The notes beneath the pieces are model-generated. The model had not been told where the DNA came from, ran no database searches, and worked only from the letters and a program-made list of their open reading frames with translations. Of a stretch of 64,000 nt of DNA, positions 41,045-49,640 are shown one piece after another (position 1 is the first letter of the stretch; every line of letters starts with the position of its first letter). The stretch comes from Gemmatimonadota bacterium (lineage in GTDB: Bacteria > Gemmatimonadota > Gemmatimonadetes > Palauibacterales > Palauibacteraceae): NCBI GenBank assembly GCA_046757885.1, contig JBHHZD010000006.1, positions 14,914 to 78,913 of the forward strand, in the 5' to 3' direction. Made by a program: the position numbers and the translations under genes.

Positions 41045-42775
41045 GTGAGCCTGACCTTTTCCGTAAACGAGCGCTGCACGTCCTGCATGGCCTGCGTGCG
41101 CGTATGCCCGGTAGAGGCGATCTCGGTCTCGGGCGAAGAGGTCGCGATCCACGAGGAGACGTGCATCGAGTGCGGCCTCTGCGTTCCCGCCTGCCACCAC
41201 GAGGCCATCGACGTCGTCGGAGATCTTCCCGGTGGAGCCGAAGCCATCCGCGATGAGAAGGCGCTGTTGATCCTCCCCACGGAAGTCACGGTGTTCTTTT
41301 TCCCGGCCACGCCCGAACAGATCATCAACGCGTGCTACGACCTGGGCTTCGATGGCGTCTTCTTCGAGGCCGTTGGCGATGAGCTCGTGGCCGGAGAATA
41401 CCTGCGCATCTGGAGGGACGAGGGACCACGGGCGTGGATTCGGTCCACGAGCCCGATCGTCGTGGATTACTGCCGGACCCGGCTCCCCGAGCTCCTTCCC
41501 TTCCTCGCCCCGGTCGTCACCCCCGCGGTCGCGCTGGCCCGTCACCTGGGTGAGTTCGCGGCACAGGGCTACCGCATCGTCTACGCCGGCCTCGGGACTC
41601 CCGGCTCCAATGGAAGCCTGATCGGCATCGACGACTGCATCTCCTTGTCCGAGCTCGAACAGGTGATGGCGGAGGTCGACGCGAGTCCCGCGTCGCAGCC
41701 GCTCACGCTGACGCGGATCCCGCCCGAACGTCGTCGTCACCTGTCGCTCGCCGGCGGTCTGCCGCGAGCGATGCTCGATGCTCAGACGCTGTCAGCTCGT
41801 GGATTCCAGCGCAGGCGAGGACTCGAGAGCCTGGGAGCGGTGGCGCGGGCCGTGATCGGAGAAGAGTCGCCGCTGGGTTTCGTGGACGTCCTTCCGTTCG
41901 AAGGAAATCTCGGGCATCCGGCTTTCGGCCCCGATGAGGATCTGTACTGGCGGAAGACGATCGCCGAGCTCGCGGAGCCCCAACGGGCGGAGAGTCCCGT
42001 GGTGGAGCGGTCGTCCGACCTGGACCTCGGGGCGACGTTCCGGCCGAAACACGAGACGCTGCCGACACCCGACCCGGAAGAGGTCCAGCGCGTGCTCGCA
42101 CAGATCGGCATGACGCCGTCCGGACGGTACTGGAACACCGGCTCCTGCGGCCACGCGACGTGCCTGGAGTTCGCCCAGGCCGTGGCCCGCGGGCGCTCGA
42201 CCCTGTCCCTGTGCCCGATCTACCTGAACCGCCAGTACGAGAGGGCTTCCGAAGATGCCCTCCACGACGGTCTCACGGGCGTGTTCACCTATCGCGTCCT
42301 GGAGGAGCGACTCGCGGAAGAGGTCTCGAGAGCGAACCGCACGGGAACGTCGATCGCGGTCCTGTTCATCGATCTGGACAAGTTCAAGGACGTGAACGAC
42401 ATCTTCGGCCACGGCGTGGGAAACCTGATCCTTACCGGTGTTGCGAAGATTCTGGGTGAAGCGATACGCTCAACCGACATCGCGTGCCGCTACGGTGGCG
42501 ACGAGTTCGTCGTCATTCTCGTCAACCCGGATCGACCCGGTGCGGCAGGGGTTGCGGAGGAGATTCGGCGTCGGGTGGAGGACTTCAAGGTTCCGACGCC
42601 CGATGGGGAGGCGGGGGTTACGCTCAGCATCGGGCTCGCGTATCATTCCGGAGCCCCGCGGTCGAATCTGACGAGTGAAGTCCTCATGGCAGAGGCCGAC
42701 GCCTCGCTGTACGTGGCGAAGGCGCACGGCGGCAATGCCGTTCACCCTGCAGTGGAAGGTGAGCTCGTTCGATGA
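41045..42775 (+). CDS. sensory diguanylate cyclase: 2x[4Fe-4S] ferredoxin + [FeFe]-hydrogenase-like (HydA large-subunit-type) domain + extra Cys cluster + GGDEF
   Basis: N-terminal CTSCMACVRVCP and CIECGLCVPAC (two ferredoxin motifs). Hydrogenase-like core with conserved Cys (FFFPATPEQIINACYDLGFDGVFFEAVGDEL..., TSPIVVDYC). Additional C-x-H-x2-C-x14-C Cys/His segment NTGSCGHATCLEFAQAVARGRSTLSLCP. C-terminal GGDEF with intact site RYGGDEF and DIFGHGVGN. Confidence 0.8.
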   Translation: MSLTFSVNERCTSCMACVRVCPVEAISVSGEEVAIHEETCIECGLCVPACHHEAIDVVGDLPGGAEAIRDEKALLILPTEVTVFFFPATPEQIINACYDLGFDGVFFEAVGDELVAGEYLRIWRDEGPRAWIRSTSPIVVDYCRTRLPELLPFLAPVVTPAVALARHLGEFAAQGYRIVYAGLGTPGSNGSLIGIDDCISLSELEQVMAEVDASPASQPLTLTRIPPERRRHLSLAGGLPRAMLDAQTLSARGFQRRRGLESLGAVARAVIGEESPLGFVDVLPFEGNLGHPAFGPDEDLYWRKTIAELAEPQRAESPVVERSSDLDLGATFRPKHETLPTPDPEEVQRVLAQIGMTPSGRYWNTGSCGHATCLEFAQAVARGRSTLSLCPIYLNRQYERASEDALHDGLTGVFTYRVLEERLAEEVSRANRTGTSIAVLFIDLDKFKDVNDIFGHGVGNLILTGVAKILGEAIRSTDIACRYGGDEFVVILVNPDRPGAAGVAEEIRRRVEDFKVPTPDGEAGVTLSIGLAYHSGAPRSNLTSEVLMAEADASLYVAKAHGGNAVHPAVEGELVR

Positions 42776-43485
42776 CGCCTGAAGAGAGGGAAGCCGGACC
42801 CGAGGTGATGGGTCTGGATCCGTGGGGCCTCCGACGCATCGAGAAGCTTCTGGCGAGCCTCGACGGCGTCGATTCGATGAAGATCGTCCCCGACGGTCAC
42901 GGGGGCATCGACGAGATCCACGTTCTCAGCAGCTCATCGCTCGGCCCCAAGCAGATCGTGCGTAACATCGAATCGGCCCTGCTGGCCGAGTTCGGCCTTC
43001 AGATCGACCACAGGAAGATCTCGATCGCCCGCGTCAAGGCTCCTGAGATCGAGGCCGCTCCCGTGCCGGAAGTCACGCCCTCTCCTGCCGCGCGCGCGGG
43101 CGAGCGCCGCATACTTCTCGACAGCGTCCAGATCGAGCGACGCGCGGGTCAGACGGTGAGTTGTCGCGTCGAGCTCCTCGGCGGGTCCAACAGCTGGGTC
43201 GGCGAGGCGGATGGCCCCGATTTCGAGCAATCCCGCCTGGATGTCGCCGCCACGGCCGCGCTCACCGCCCTGCAACAGGCCTCGGATTCCGACGCGATTC
43301 TTTCGCTGAACGGCATCGCTCGCGCGGAGTTGTTCGGTCGCAACCTCGTCATCGCCGTGATCCACGGCCGCTCCGGACGCGAGTTCGCCTCCCTGGCGGG
43401 CATCGCTACCGTGAAGGACTCGCCGGAAGAGGCCGCGGTGCTGGCGTGCCTCCAGGCCACGAATCGCTGGGCGGACGGCCGCTAA
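42772..43485 (+). CDS. hypothetical protein translationally coupled (ATGA) to the sensory diguanylate cyclase
   Basis: 237-aa ORF in a consistent frame; no recognised motif. Confidence 0.5.
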   Translation: MTPEEREAGPEVMGLDPWGLRRIEKLLASLDGVDSMKIVPDGHGGIDEIHVLSSSSLGPKQIVRNIESALLAEFGLQIDHRKISIARVKAPEIEAAPVPEVTPSPAARAGERRILLDSVQIERRAGQTVSCRVELLGGSNSWVGEADGPDFEQSRLDVAATAALTALQQASDSDAILSLNGIARAELFGRNLVIAVIHGRSGREFASLAGIATVKDSPEEAAVLACLQATNRWADGR

Positions 43486-43636
43486 TCCACGACAGTCGGT
43501 TGCGTTGCGACGCTTGGTTCCTTCTATTTATCGGGTGTCAGGGGCGCGGTCCGCCGTCTGGATACCGGGATGTGGGGATCTCGCCGTGCGCCGCAATTCA
43601 GTCGAGAGGTCGAATCTCCAGTCTATAATAGAAAGA

Positions 43637-43819
43637 TACCCCCAATCTCTGCGACGCTGCTGAGCTGAGCGGAGCGATCCTCCGAGCGGAGCTGAAGCAT
43701 ACCCTATAGCGGCTTGGGTATGACTTCCTTACGAAAGGAGGTGAGCTCTATGGGCTCTCTTTGGCTTGTCTTGCTGCTAGGCGGCACCGTTAGGTGGTAA
43801 GACGTAGAGATTGGGGGTA
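43637..43819 (+). promoter_or_regulatory. structured leader of the HD-GYP gene: 14-bp perfect long-range inverted repeat enclosing a 16-codon uORF
   Basis: tacccccaatctct (43637..43650) pairs with agagattgggggta (43806..43819), extendable to about 17 bp with G-U. The right arm contains the G-rich SD-like stretch 11 nt upstream of the HD-GYP ATG (43830). TATAAT at 43624..43629 immediately upstream of the left arm. Confidence 0.4.
43750..43800 (+). CDS. 16-aa hydrophobic upstream ORF (MGSLWLVLLLGGTVRW)
   Basis: Strong SD AAGGAGGTG 7 nt upstream of the ATG; TAA stop 5 nt before the right arm of the long-range stem. Confidence 0.35.
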   Translation: MGSLWLVLLLGGTVRW

Positions 43820-43829
43820 GCTGTATCAG

Positions 43830-45167
43830 ATGGCGCTAGACAAGAAACTCCGAAGGCTAATCGCGGGTGTCGCCTCGGCGGCTGTCCTCGTGACGGTCTT
43901 GGTCTTTCGCTTCTTCCCTTCTCCGCTTACTCAGCGCTCACTGCTGGCTTTCCTTACCCTCCTAGCGCTCAGCACGCTGAGCATGATGCTGTACCTAAAG
44001 TTCACGGAGTCGGGCTCGACGACGTCTATGGACTTCGTGCCGGAGCTGGGTGCGATCCTGCTGCTGGGCCCCGCGGGCGCCGTAGCCGTCACCTTGGCTT
44101 CGGAGCTGGTCTCTCATCTGTTCCTCTATCGTGAGAAGGCCCTGTTCAAGAAGGTCTTTAACACGGCGCAACTAGTTCTCGCGGTGGCGGCGGCTGGTGT
44201 AGTCTACGTCGCTTTTACAGGTACTCCGAGTCTGACAGATCTGCAGTTTCGTTCGACGCTGCCGCCGTTCATACTTGCCGTTCTGGTGTACTTTGCGGTC
44301 AATACGGGCACGGTAGCGTATGTGGTATCGCTCTCCGAGGGAAGGCCTTACCTGGAGTGCTGGCGGGGGATAACAGCGGGCTTGATCGTCTTCGATGTGG
44401 CGATGAGCCCCCTGGCCTATGTTGTGGCGTACCTTTACGTGCAGTTCAATCCTCTAGCCCTCATGCTCGCCATCATTCCGCTCATCGGACTGCGCTACAG
44501 CTACGGCATCAACTTCGAGCTTCGGCAGCTGAACACTGATCTTCTTCGGTTGATGGTCAAGACGATCGAGGCCCAGGATCCGTACACTTCGGGACACTCC
44601 ATAAGGGTGGCGGAGACCGCACGCGCCATAGCTCGAGCCCTGAAAGTAAAGCCCAAAGAAGCTGAGATCATTGAGACTGCGGCCTTGCTTCACGACATCG
44701 GAAAGATTGACGTTGCATACAGCGAGATCCTCCGTCAGAAGGGGCCATTGAGTGCCGAGCAGCGGGAACTTATTCGAGCTCACCCTGATCGCGGTGTCGA
44801 TATTATCAAGTCGATTCGGAGCATTGATCCCGAGGTGCTAAGGTGTGTCCGATACCACCATGAACGATGGGACGGAGACGGTTACCCGGTCGGGCTTGAA
44901 GGCGAAGCAATCCCGCGCGGTGCTCGGATTATTGGAGTCTGCGATACGATCGATGCGATGACCACGGCCCGTCCCTATCGAGGAGCGCTGCCTGTAGAAG
45001 TTGTGCGTGAAGAACTGCAGAAGCACAGTGGTGGTCAGTTTGATCCTGCGGTCGTCACGGCTATCCTCGCCACGGATGTCCTCGAAAAGATAGACGTTCC
45101 TCAACCTCGGCCCAGATCTGGTGGCCAGCGTCTAGCAGGTATCGCCCCGATCAAAGGAAGAGACTAG
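43830..45167 (+). CDS. HD-GYP domain c-di-GMP phosphodiesterase with N-terminal multi-TM sensor domain
   Basis: About 8 TM helices, then the HD-GYP catalytic domain: GHSIRVAETA, LLHDIGK, HHERWDGDGYP (GYP), DTIDAMTTARPYR. Confidence 0.85.
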   Translation: MALDKKLRRLIAGVASAAVLVTVLVFRFFPSPLTQRSLLAFLTLLALSTLSMMLYLKFTESGSTTSMDFVPELGAILLLGPAGAVAVTLASELVSHLFLYREKALFKKVFNTAQLVLAVAAAGVVYVAFTGTPSLTDLQFRSTLPPFILAVLVYFAVNTGTVAYVVSLSEGRPYLECWRGITAGLIVFDVAMSPLAYVVAYLYVQFNPLALMLAIIPLIGLRYSYGINFELRQLNTDLLRLMVKTIEAQDPYTSGHSIRVAETARAIARALKVKPKEAEIIETAALLHDIGKIDVAYSEILRQKGPLSAEQRELIRAHPDRGVDIIKSIRSIDPEVLRCVRYHHERWDGDGYPVGLEGEAIPRGARIIGVCDTIDAMTTARPYRGALPVEVVREELQKHSGGQFDPAVVTAILATDVLEKIDVPQPRPRSGGQRLAGIAPIKGRD

Positions 45168-48100
45168 AGCCGGCCTTGTGACTTAGCGTCTGCGGCGTAG
45201 CGCCACCGCCGAAAGAACCCTACGAACCAAAGAAGGTTCGTCTCCCTTAGAGACTTACGCAGGGCCTCTTTGTTGGCGGCCTCGGGTGGACAGTTGTCCC
45301 GGCCATAAAAAGAGTTTCCGATCCAAAGGAGCTTCAGATAACTAGGGGTGTCCTGCAGGCGCTCCTTCTCGGCGACTTCAAAAAACCGGTCCGATGATCT
45401 CGCACACTGTGCTTGGAGGCTCGTATACGCGCGGAACCACTGCACCTTGAACCTCTCCTGCACGCCGCCCGACTCATCCGGTATGTCTAAGAGGCTCATG
45501 GAATTTCTCACCGCTGCCAAGTCGCCTCGCTGGAGTGAGGTGAGACCCACGCACGCAGTAAGCTCTGGTATGAACCCGATCGAATGATTGGAAGAAGCAA
45601 TTGCGAGACACTTAGAGTACTGTTCGGCTGCTTCAGCCGACTTTCCTTGGTAAAACAGTGCGTTGGCCTTATTGATGCTTAGCGGAAGTACTACATCTAG
45701 GGTCACGGGTACATCGTGCTGTATGTCCTCTACTCGCTTGGTGACGCTGTTGAACTCTTCCCACTTGCCCTGCTCCAAGTAGCAACATGCAAGATTGTTC
45801 AGTAGCCAGCTTAGCTCGACCAAGTCGTTCCGCTTGGTAGCCAAGTCGATTGCTACCTTGATCTCGTGTTCCGCAATATCCCACTCGGCCCTCCGAGTCT
45901 GAATGAGCCCTCGAAAGAGCTGGACTCTTCCGGCAAGCCTGGTGGGAACGTCCTTTATTAAGGAGGAGATTGCCTCGACCTGCTCGAGAGCCTTTTCGGC
46001 TGTTTCGAAAAAGGCATAGTACGCGGCTAGCGAGCATGCCGCGGAAACGGAGGCGATTGCAGTCAGCGTCCCAGCTTCCCTCCCCTCTGAGAGAAGCCTC
46101 CTGATCGTTACTGCGTTGGAAGTAGCAAGAGCGCTGTCCGCCTGCCGCATCGCGATCTTGAGACTCCAGTGAAGTCGCTCCATTTCGCTCTCGAGCCGTC
46201 CCCTAGGCTCCTGAATGTCCCCAATCTCAAGCGGCAAAGCGTCGACAAGTTGGCGACCAAGCGTCCACTCCGCTCGCTCAACTAGGGCCTTCACAACGCT
46301 CAACTTCACCGCGATGCGTTCTTCGAGGGGCATGTTGGGGTCGAGGACGAGCATCCGGTCGAAGTGCTCCTGCGCGGACTGTAGCTGCGCCGTGGACAGC
46401 TCGGAGTCCGCGAGGATTCGGAGCGCCCGCACCGTTTCATCGCGGGTTCGGGACGTGCTCACGGCGAGAGCCGCCATATGCGAGGCTTCCAGATGGCCGC
46501 CGGCTTCACTCGCCTCGCGGGCGGCTCGTATGGCGCAGTCGAATGCCTTCTCCCGGTCCCCTCCGAGTCGGTAGTGGCGGGCCAGCGTGGCGAAACCGGT
46601 GTCCGGTTCTGCGCAGAGGAGTCGGGCCGCCGCACTGTGAAGGGCGGCGCGCTGCATCGAGGTCAGCTGGCCGTAGACATACTCCCGGGTGATGTCGTTC
46701 ACGAACTCCACCCGGTCCTCGTCGTCCTGAATGAGGCCCCGAGCGTACAGATCTTCGCCCAGCGCGGCGCATTCTCCCAGTGAGATGTTGGAGACCGATG
46801 ACACATTGCGGGGCGTGGCGTATCGTTCCAGCACTGCGATCGATCGGAGCAGATGTAGCGATCGATCCGAGAGGCCCTGAAGGCGGATCCGGAAGACCTC
46901 GCTGAGGCGGGCATTCGTGAGCAAAGCCCACACGCGAGCCTTTTCCGCCCACTCGGCCGAGCTGACGGCGGCTCGAAAAACTTCCAGCGCGTAGAACGGG
47001 TTCCCTGCGGAGAGGTGCTGGGCCAGGGACACGGCCGCCGTACCTTCGGCGTCGGGTCTCACGCACAGGACGAGACTCGCGATCTGGTCTTCCGTGAGGG
47101 GTCCGAGCGTAAGTGTCTCGCTTCGGCCGCCGGCGACGTACCCGGCGACCGGAGGCGCGCTGGCGTTGACCCTGTCTCCGCGAACCGTGCGGAACGTCGT
47201 GATCAGGAGGAATGGCTGCTCCGCCAGCCGGCGAGCGATGCAGTGGAGCAGGGATGCGGACGTCGCGTCGATCCACTGAACATCCTCCACAACCCACACG
47301 ATCGGCTGTCGTGTCGCCGCCATCTTCAAGAGATCAGCGACTTCCTCGTACAGCCGCCTCCTCCACGCCTCGGGATCCGGAGCATCGGTCTCCTCGTCTT
47401 CGAGGAAGTCGTCGAACTCGGGAAACAGGTGGCCGAGGCGCGTGAACGCTTCGGACCCCGGGGCCAGCTCGCGCGCCACACGGCCCGCGACCGGCCTGAG
47501 GCCGTCGACGACGGGGCCATAGGGTATGTCTGCCTCCGCTGGATAGCAGCGACTCTCCAGGCACTGGACGGGCTCGACGCCCAGGGAGTGCACGAACGCC
47601 TTCACCAGTCGTGATTTTCCGATGCCTCCTTCGCCGCGGACGACGACCGTCGAGCCGCCGCCTCGACCCAGGTTGCGGGCTCGCGTTCGGAGGAACTCGA
47701 GCTCCTCTTCGCGCCCGATGAGGGGGAGCTCCGCGTCCTCGTCGAGGTCGCCGGTCGGGCGGGCGGGCGGCGTGGAGCGGATCCGCTCCGCGAGGGCGCG
47801 TGTCTCGCTGGAGAAGCCACCGGGAAGCTCGGCCTCGAGTCGCCTGTCCGTTTCCTCGAAGTGCTGCAGGGCCGACTCTCGATCACCGTGCAGCCACAGC
47901 CCACGCATCAGGGCGCGGTGTGCTAGCTCATCCAGCGGATCGATCTCGACGAGCTTCATCGCCGCGATGCACATCTCGCCCCAGAGTCCGCGCGAATCAC
48001 ACTGCTCCACGTATCGGCGCAGCGTCACGCGACTGAGGCGCTGCAGGCGGACTCGCTCCGCTTCCAACCAGCGCTCGAAGTCGTCCGTGCCCGTGGACTG

Positions 48101-48472
48101 GAGGTTGCAGGCGAAGGGCCCGTTGCAGAACTCGATGGCCCGCTCAAGCTGTCCCCTCTTCAGCGCGAGCTCCAGCTCGCGGGCATCGTAGGAGATCCGC
48201 TGCGCGTCCAGACGCAGCTCCTCGGCCGGACCCGTCACGAAGGCGCCGTCGAGTTGCCCTCTCAGGTCGTAGATGGCCTGACTCAGCGAATGTCTCGCGC
48301 GCTCGGGAGGACTCGTCCAGAGAAGGGCCGCCAGCTCGCTTCGGGTGTGCACCCGGCCGGCGTTCGCCGTCAGGTACAGCAGGAGGGAAAGATGCTTGCG
48401 CGAGCGGAAGCGCACGACCTCCCCCGAGGGGTCCCGGAGTGACACGCCACCGAGGCTCTGGAGATGATACAT
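45164..48472 (-). CDS. SARP/AfsR-like STAND regulator: winged-helix DNA-binding + BTAD + P-loop NTPase + TPR array
   Basis: Start at MYHLQSLGGVSLRD (ATG 48472). OmpR-type wing HLSLLLYLTANAGRVHTRSELAALLW. BTAD helices, Walker A GEGGIGKSRL, Walker B VWVVEDVQWID, long C-terminal TPR region. Stop TAG overlaps the convergent HD-GYP stop in the palindrome CTAG. Confidence 0.8.
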   Translation of the reverse strand: MYHLQSLGGVSLRDPSGEVVRFRSRKHLSLLLYLTANAGRVHTRSELAALLWTSPPERARHSLSQAIYDLRGQLDGAFVTGPAEELRLDAQRISYDARELELALKRGQLERAIEFCNGPFACNLQSTGTDDFERWLEAERVRLQRLSRVTLRRYVEQCDSRGLWGEMCIAAMKLVEIDPLDELAHRALMRGLWLHGDRESALQHFEETDRRLEAELPGGFSSETRALAERIRSTPPARPTGDLDEDAELPLIGREEELEFLRTRARNLGRGGGSTVVVRGEGGIGKSRLVKAFVHSLGVEPVQCLESRCYPAEADIPYGPVVDGLRPVAGRVARELAPGSEAFTRLGHLFPEFDDFLEDEETDAPDPEAWRRRLYEEVADLLKMAATRQPIVWVVEDVQWIDATSASLLHCIARRLAEQPFLLITTFRTVRGDRVNASAPPVAGYVAGGRSETLTLGPLTEDQIASLVLCVRPDAEGTAAVSLAQHLSAGNPFYALEVFRAAVSSAEWAEKARVWALLTNARLSEVFRIRLQGLSDRSLHLLRSIAVLERYATPRNVSSVSNISLGECAALGEDLYARGLIQDDEDRVEFVNDITREYVYGQLTSMQRAALHSAAARLLCAEPDTGFATLARHYRLGGDREKAFDCAIRAAREASEAGGHLEASHMAALAVSTSRTRDETVRALRILADSELSTAQLQSAQEHFDRMLVLDPNMPLEERIAVKLSVVKALVERAEWTLGRQLVDALPLEIGDIQEPRGRLESEMERLHWSLKIAMRQADSALATSNAVTIRRLLSEGREAGTLTAIASVSAACSLAAYYAFFETAEKALEQVEAISSLIKDVPTRLAGRVQLFRGLIQTRRAEWDIAEHEIKVAIDLATKRNDLVELSWLLNNLACCYLEQGKWEEFNSVTKRVEDIQHDVPVTLDVVLPLSINKANALFYQGKSAEAAEQYSKCLAIASSNHSIGFIPELTACVGLTSLQRGDLAAVRNSMSLLDIPDESGGVQERFKVQWFRAYTSLQAQCARSSDRFFEVAEKERLQDTPSYLKLLWIGNSFYGRDNCPPEAANKEALRKSLRETNLLWFVGFFRRWRYAADAKSQGRL

Positions 48473-48587
48473 GTTCCGCCCCGCCGATGGGTCGCGTTGG
48501 ACGCCCGCCCCACACCGACCCCGCACGCATCCAGGGTGCACTCGGGCGTCATCGCAGCATCAACTAACACGTCGAAGGGCGCTTACG

Positions 48588-48615
48588 GCTTGATCGCGGT
48601 ACCAAATTCACTATC
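48588..48615 (+). promoter_or_regulatory. sigma70-like promoter for the 48627 lipoprotein gene (near-leaderless)
   Basis: TTGATC-16 nt-TATCAT, with the -10 ending about 11 nt before the ATG at 48627 and no SD. Confidence 0.3.
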
Positions 48616-48626
48616 ATCGGTGCGCC

Positions 48627-49640
48627 ATGGCAAACTCGAACGTGCCGTCTCGCTCCCGGTGGAGGTTCGTGACCGTCGCCATCACATCGGTCGGTCTGCT
48701 GGGGTGCGGCGCCGAACCCTCCGAGCCGCCGCAGGTCGAGCGCCCGGGCCGGGCCGCCTGGACCCAGCTCGCGTCCGATGGGCTCTTCCTCGTCGAACCC
48801 GCGGATTTCTCGGCCGGGAACGGCTCTCAGGCATGGATCGCCGATACGCTGTTCGAGGCGGTCACCCGATACGATGAGTCGCGCGGCGACTACAGGATGT
48901 TCGGGAGGGACGACGCCGAGCCCGTCGAGGTCGTACGGCCGCGCCTCGTGGAGGAGGCCGCCGACCTGGGCGTGTTCGTCTACGACGCCCAGACGCGAAG
49001 CGTCGACCTGTTCACCCACGGCGGGGAGCACCTGAAGGGCTTCGAGCTCGGCTTCACGCCGGTCCTGATGCGCCTCACCCGATTCCCGTTCGGCCTCGCG
49101 TTCGCGACCCTGGCGCGGACCGAGTCGGACTCCGTACCCGTTCTGAGGATCATCTGGGAGAACCTGGAGGGGGAGGCGGCGGACACCCTGCTCGATGGGT
49201 CACGCGGACCGCCATCGGTCCGGGGGATCTCTCCCAGGGTCGGTGAGACGGCACTGGCTCCGTCAGGCCGAGGCCTCTGGCTGTGGTCAGCCGCGGCCAG
49301 GGACACCGTCTTCGAGATCGCGCCCAAGGGGCGTGGGCGGAAACTGGCGGTCCGGATCCCCGATGGCATGTCGATCGGACTCCTCGGAGACCGGAATGGG
49401 GATCTGCTGTGGGTGCTGCGCTCGGATTCGACCGGAGTCTTCCACTACCGTGCGTACGACGTGCGGGGTGAGGGATCGCTCCGGGCGAAAGACCGCTTTC
49501 TGGGGGCCCGAACGACCCCCGACGACTTCATCCCGATGGACCAGTCCGGCGGAATCGTCGTCGGGTGGCATCGCTCGGAGAGGAACGAACGGCTCATCGC
49601 GGCCTGGGATCTCGGCATCGCAGAGCCGCTCACACCTTAG
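48627..49640 (+). CDS. hypothetical lipoprotein
   Basis: Lipobox VGLLGCGA; 337 aa; no catalytic motif. Confidence 0.55.
   Translation: MANSNVPSRSRWRFVTVAITSVGLLGCGAEPSEPPQVERPGRAAWTQLASDGLFLVEPADFSAGNGSQAWIADTLFEAVTRYDESRGDYRMFGRDDAEPVEVVRPRLVEEAADLGVFVYDAQTRSVDLFTHGGEHLKGFELGFTPVLMRLTRFPFGLAFATLARTESDSVPVLRIIWENLEGEAADTLLDGSRGPPSVRGISPRVGETALAPSGRGLWLWSAAARDTVFEIAPKGRGRKLAVRIPDGMSIGLLGDRNGDLLWVLRSDSTGVFHYRAYDVRGEGSLRAKDRFLGARTTPDDFIPMDQSGGIVVGWHRSERNERLIAAWDLGIAEPLTP

Noticed and set aside
43596-43622. tRNA-like T-arm resemblance (gagaggtcgaatctcc)
   Set aside because: No cloverleaf can be built: there is no matching acceptor or anticodon stem and the T-stem pairs only 3 bp. The element is more likely part of the promoter region of the HD-GYP leader.
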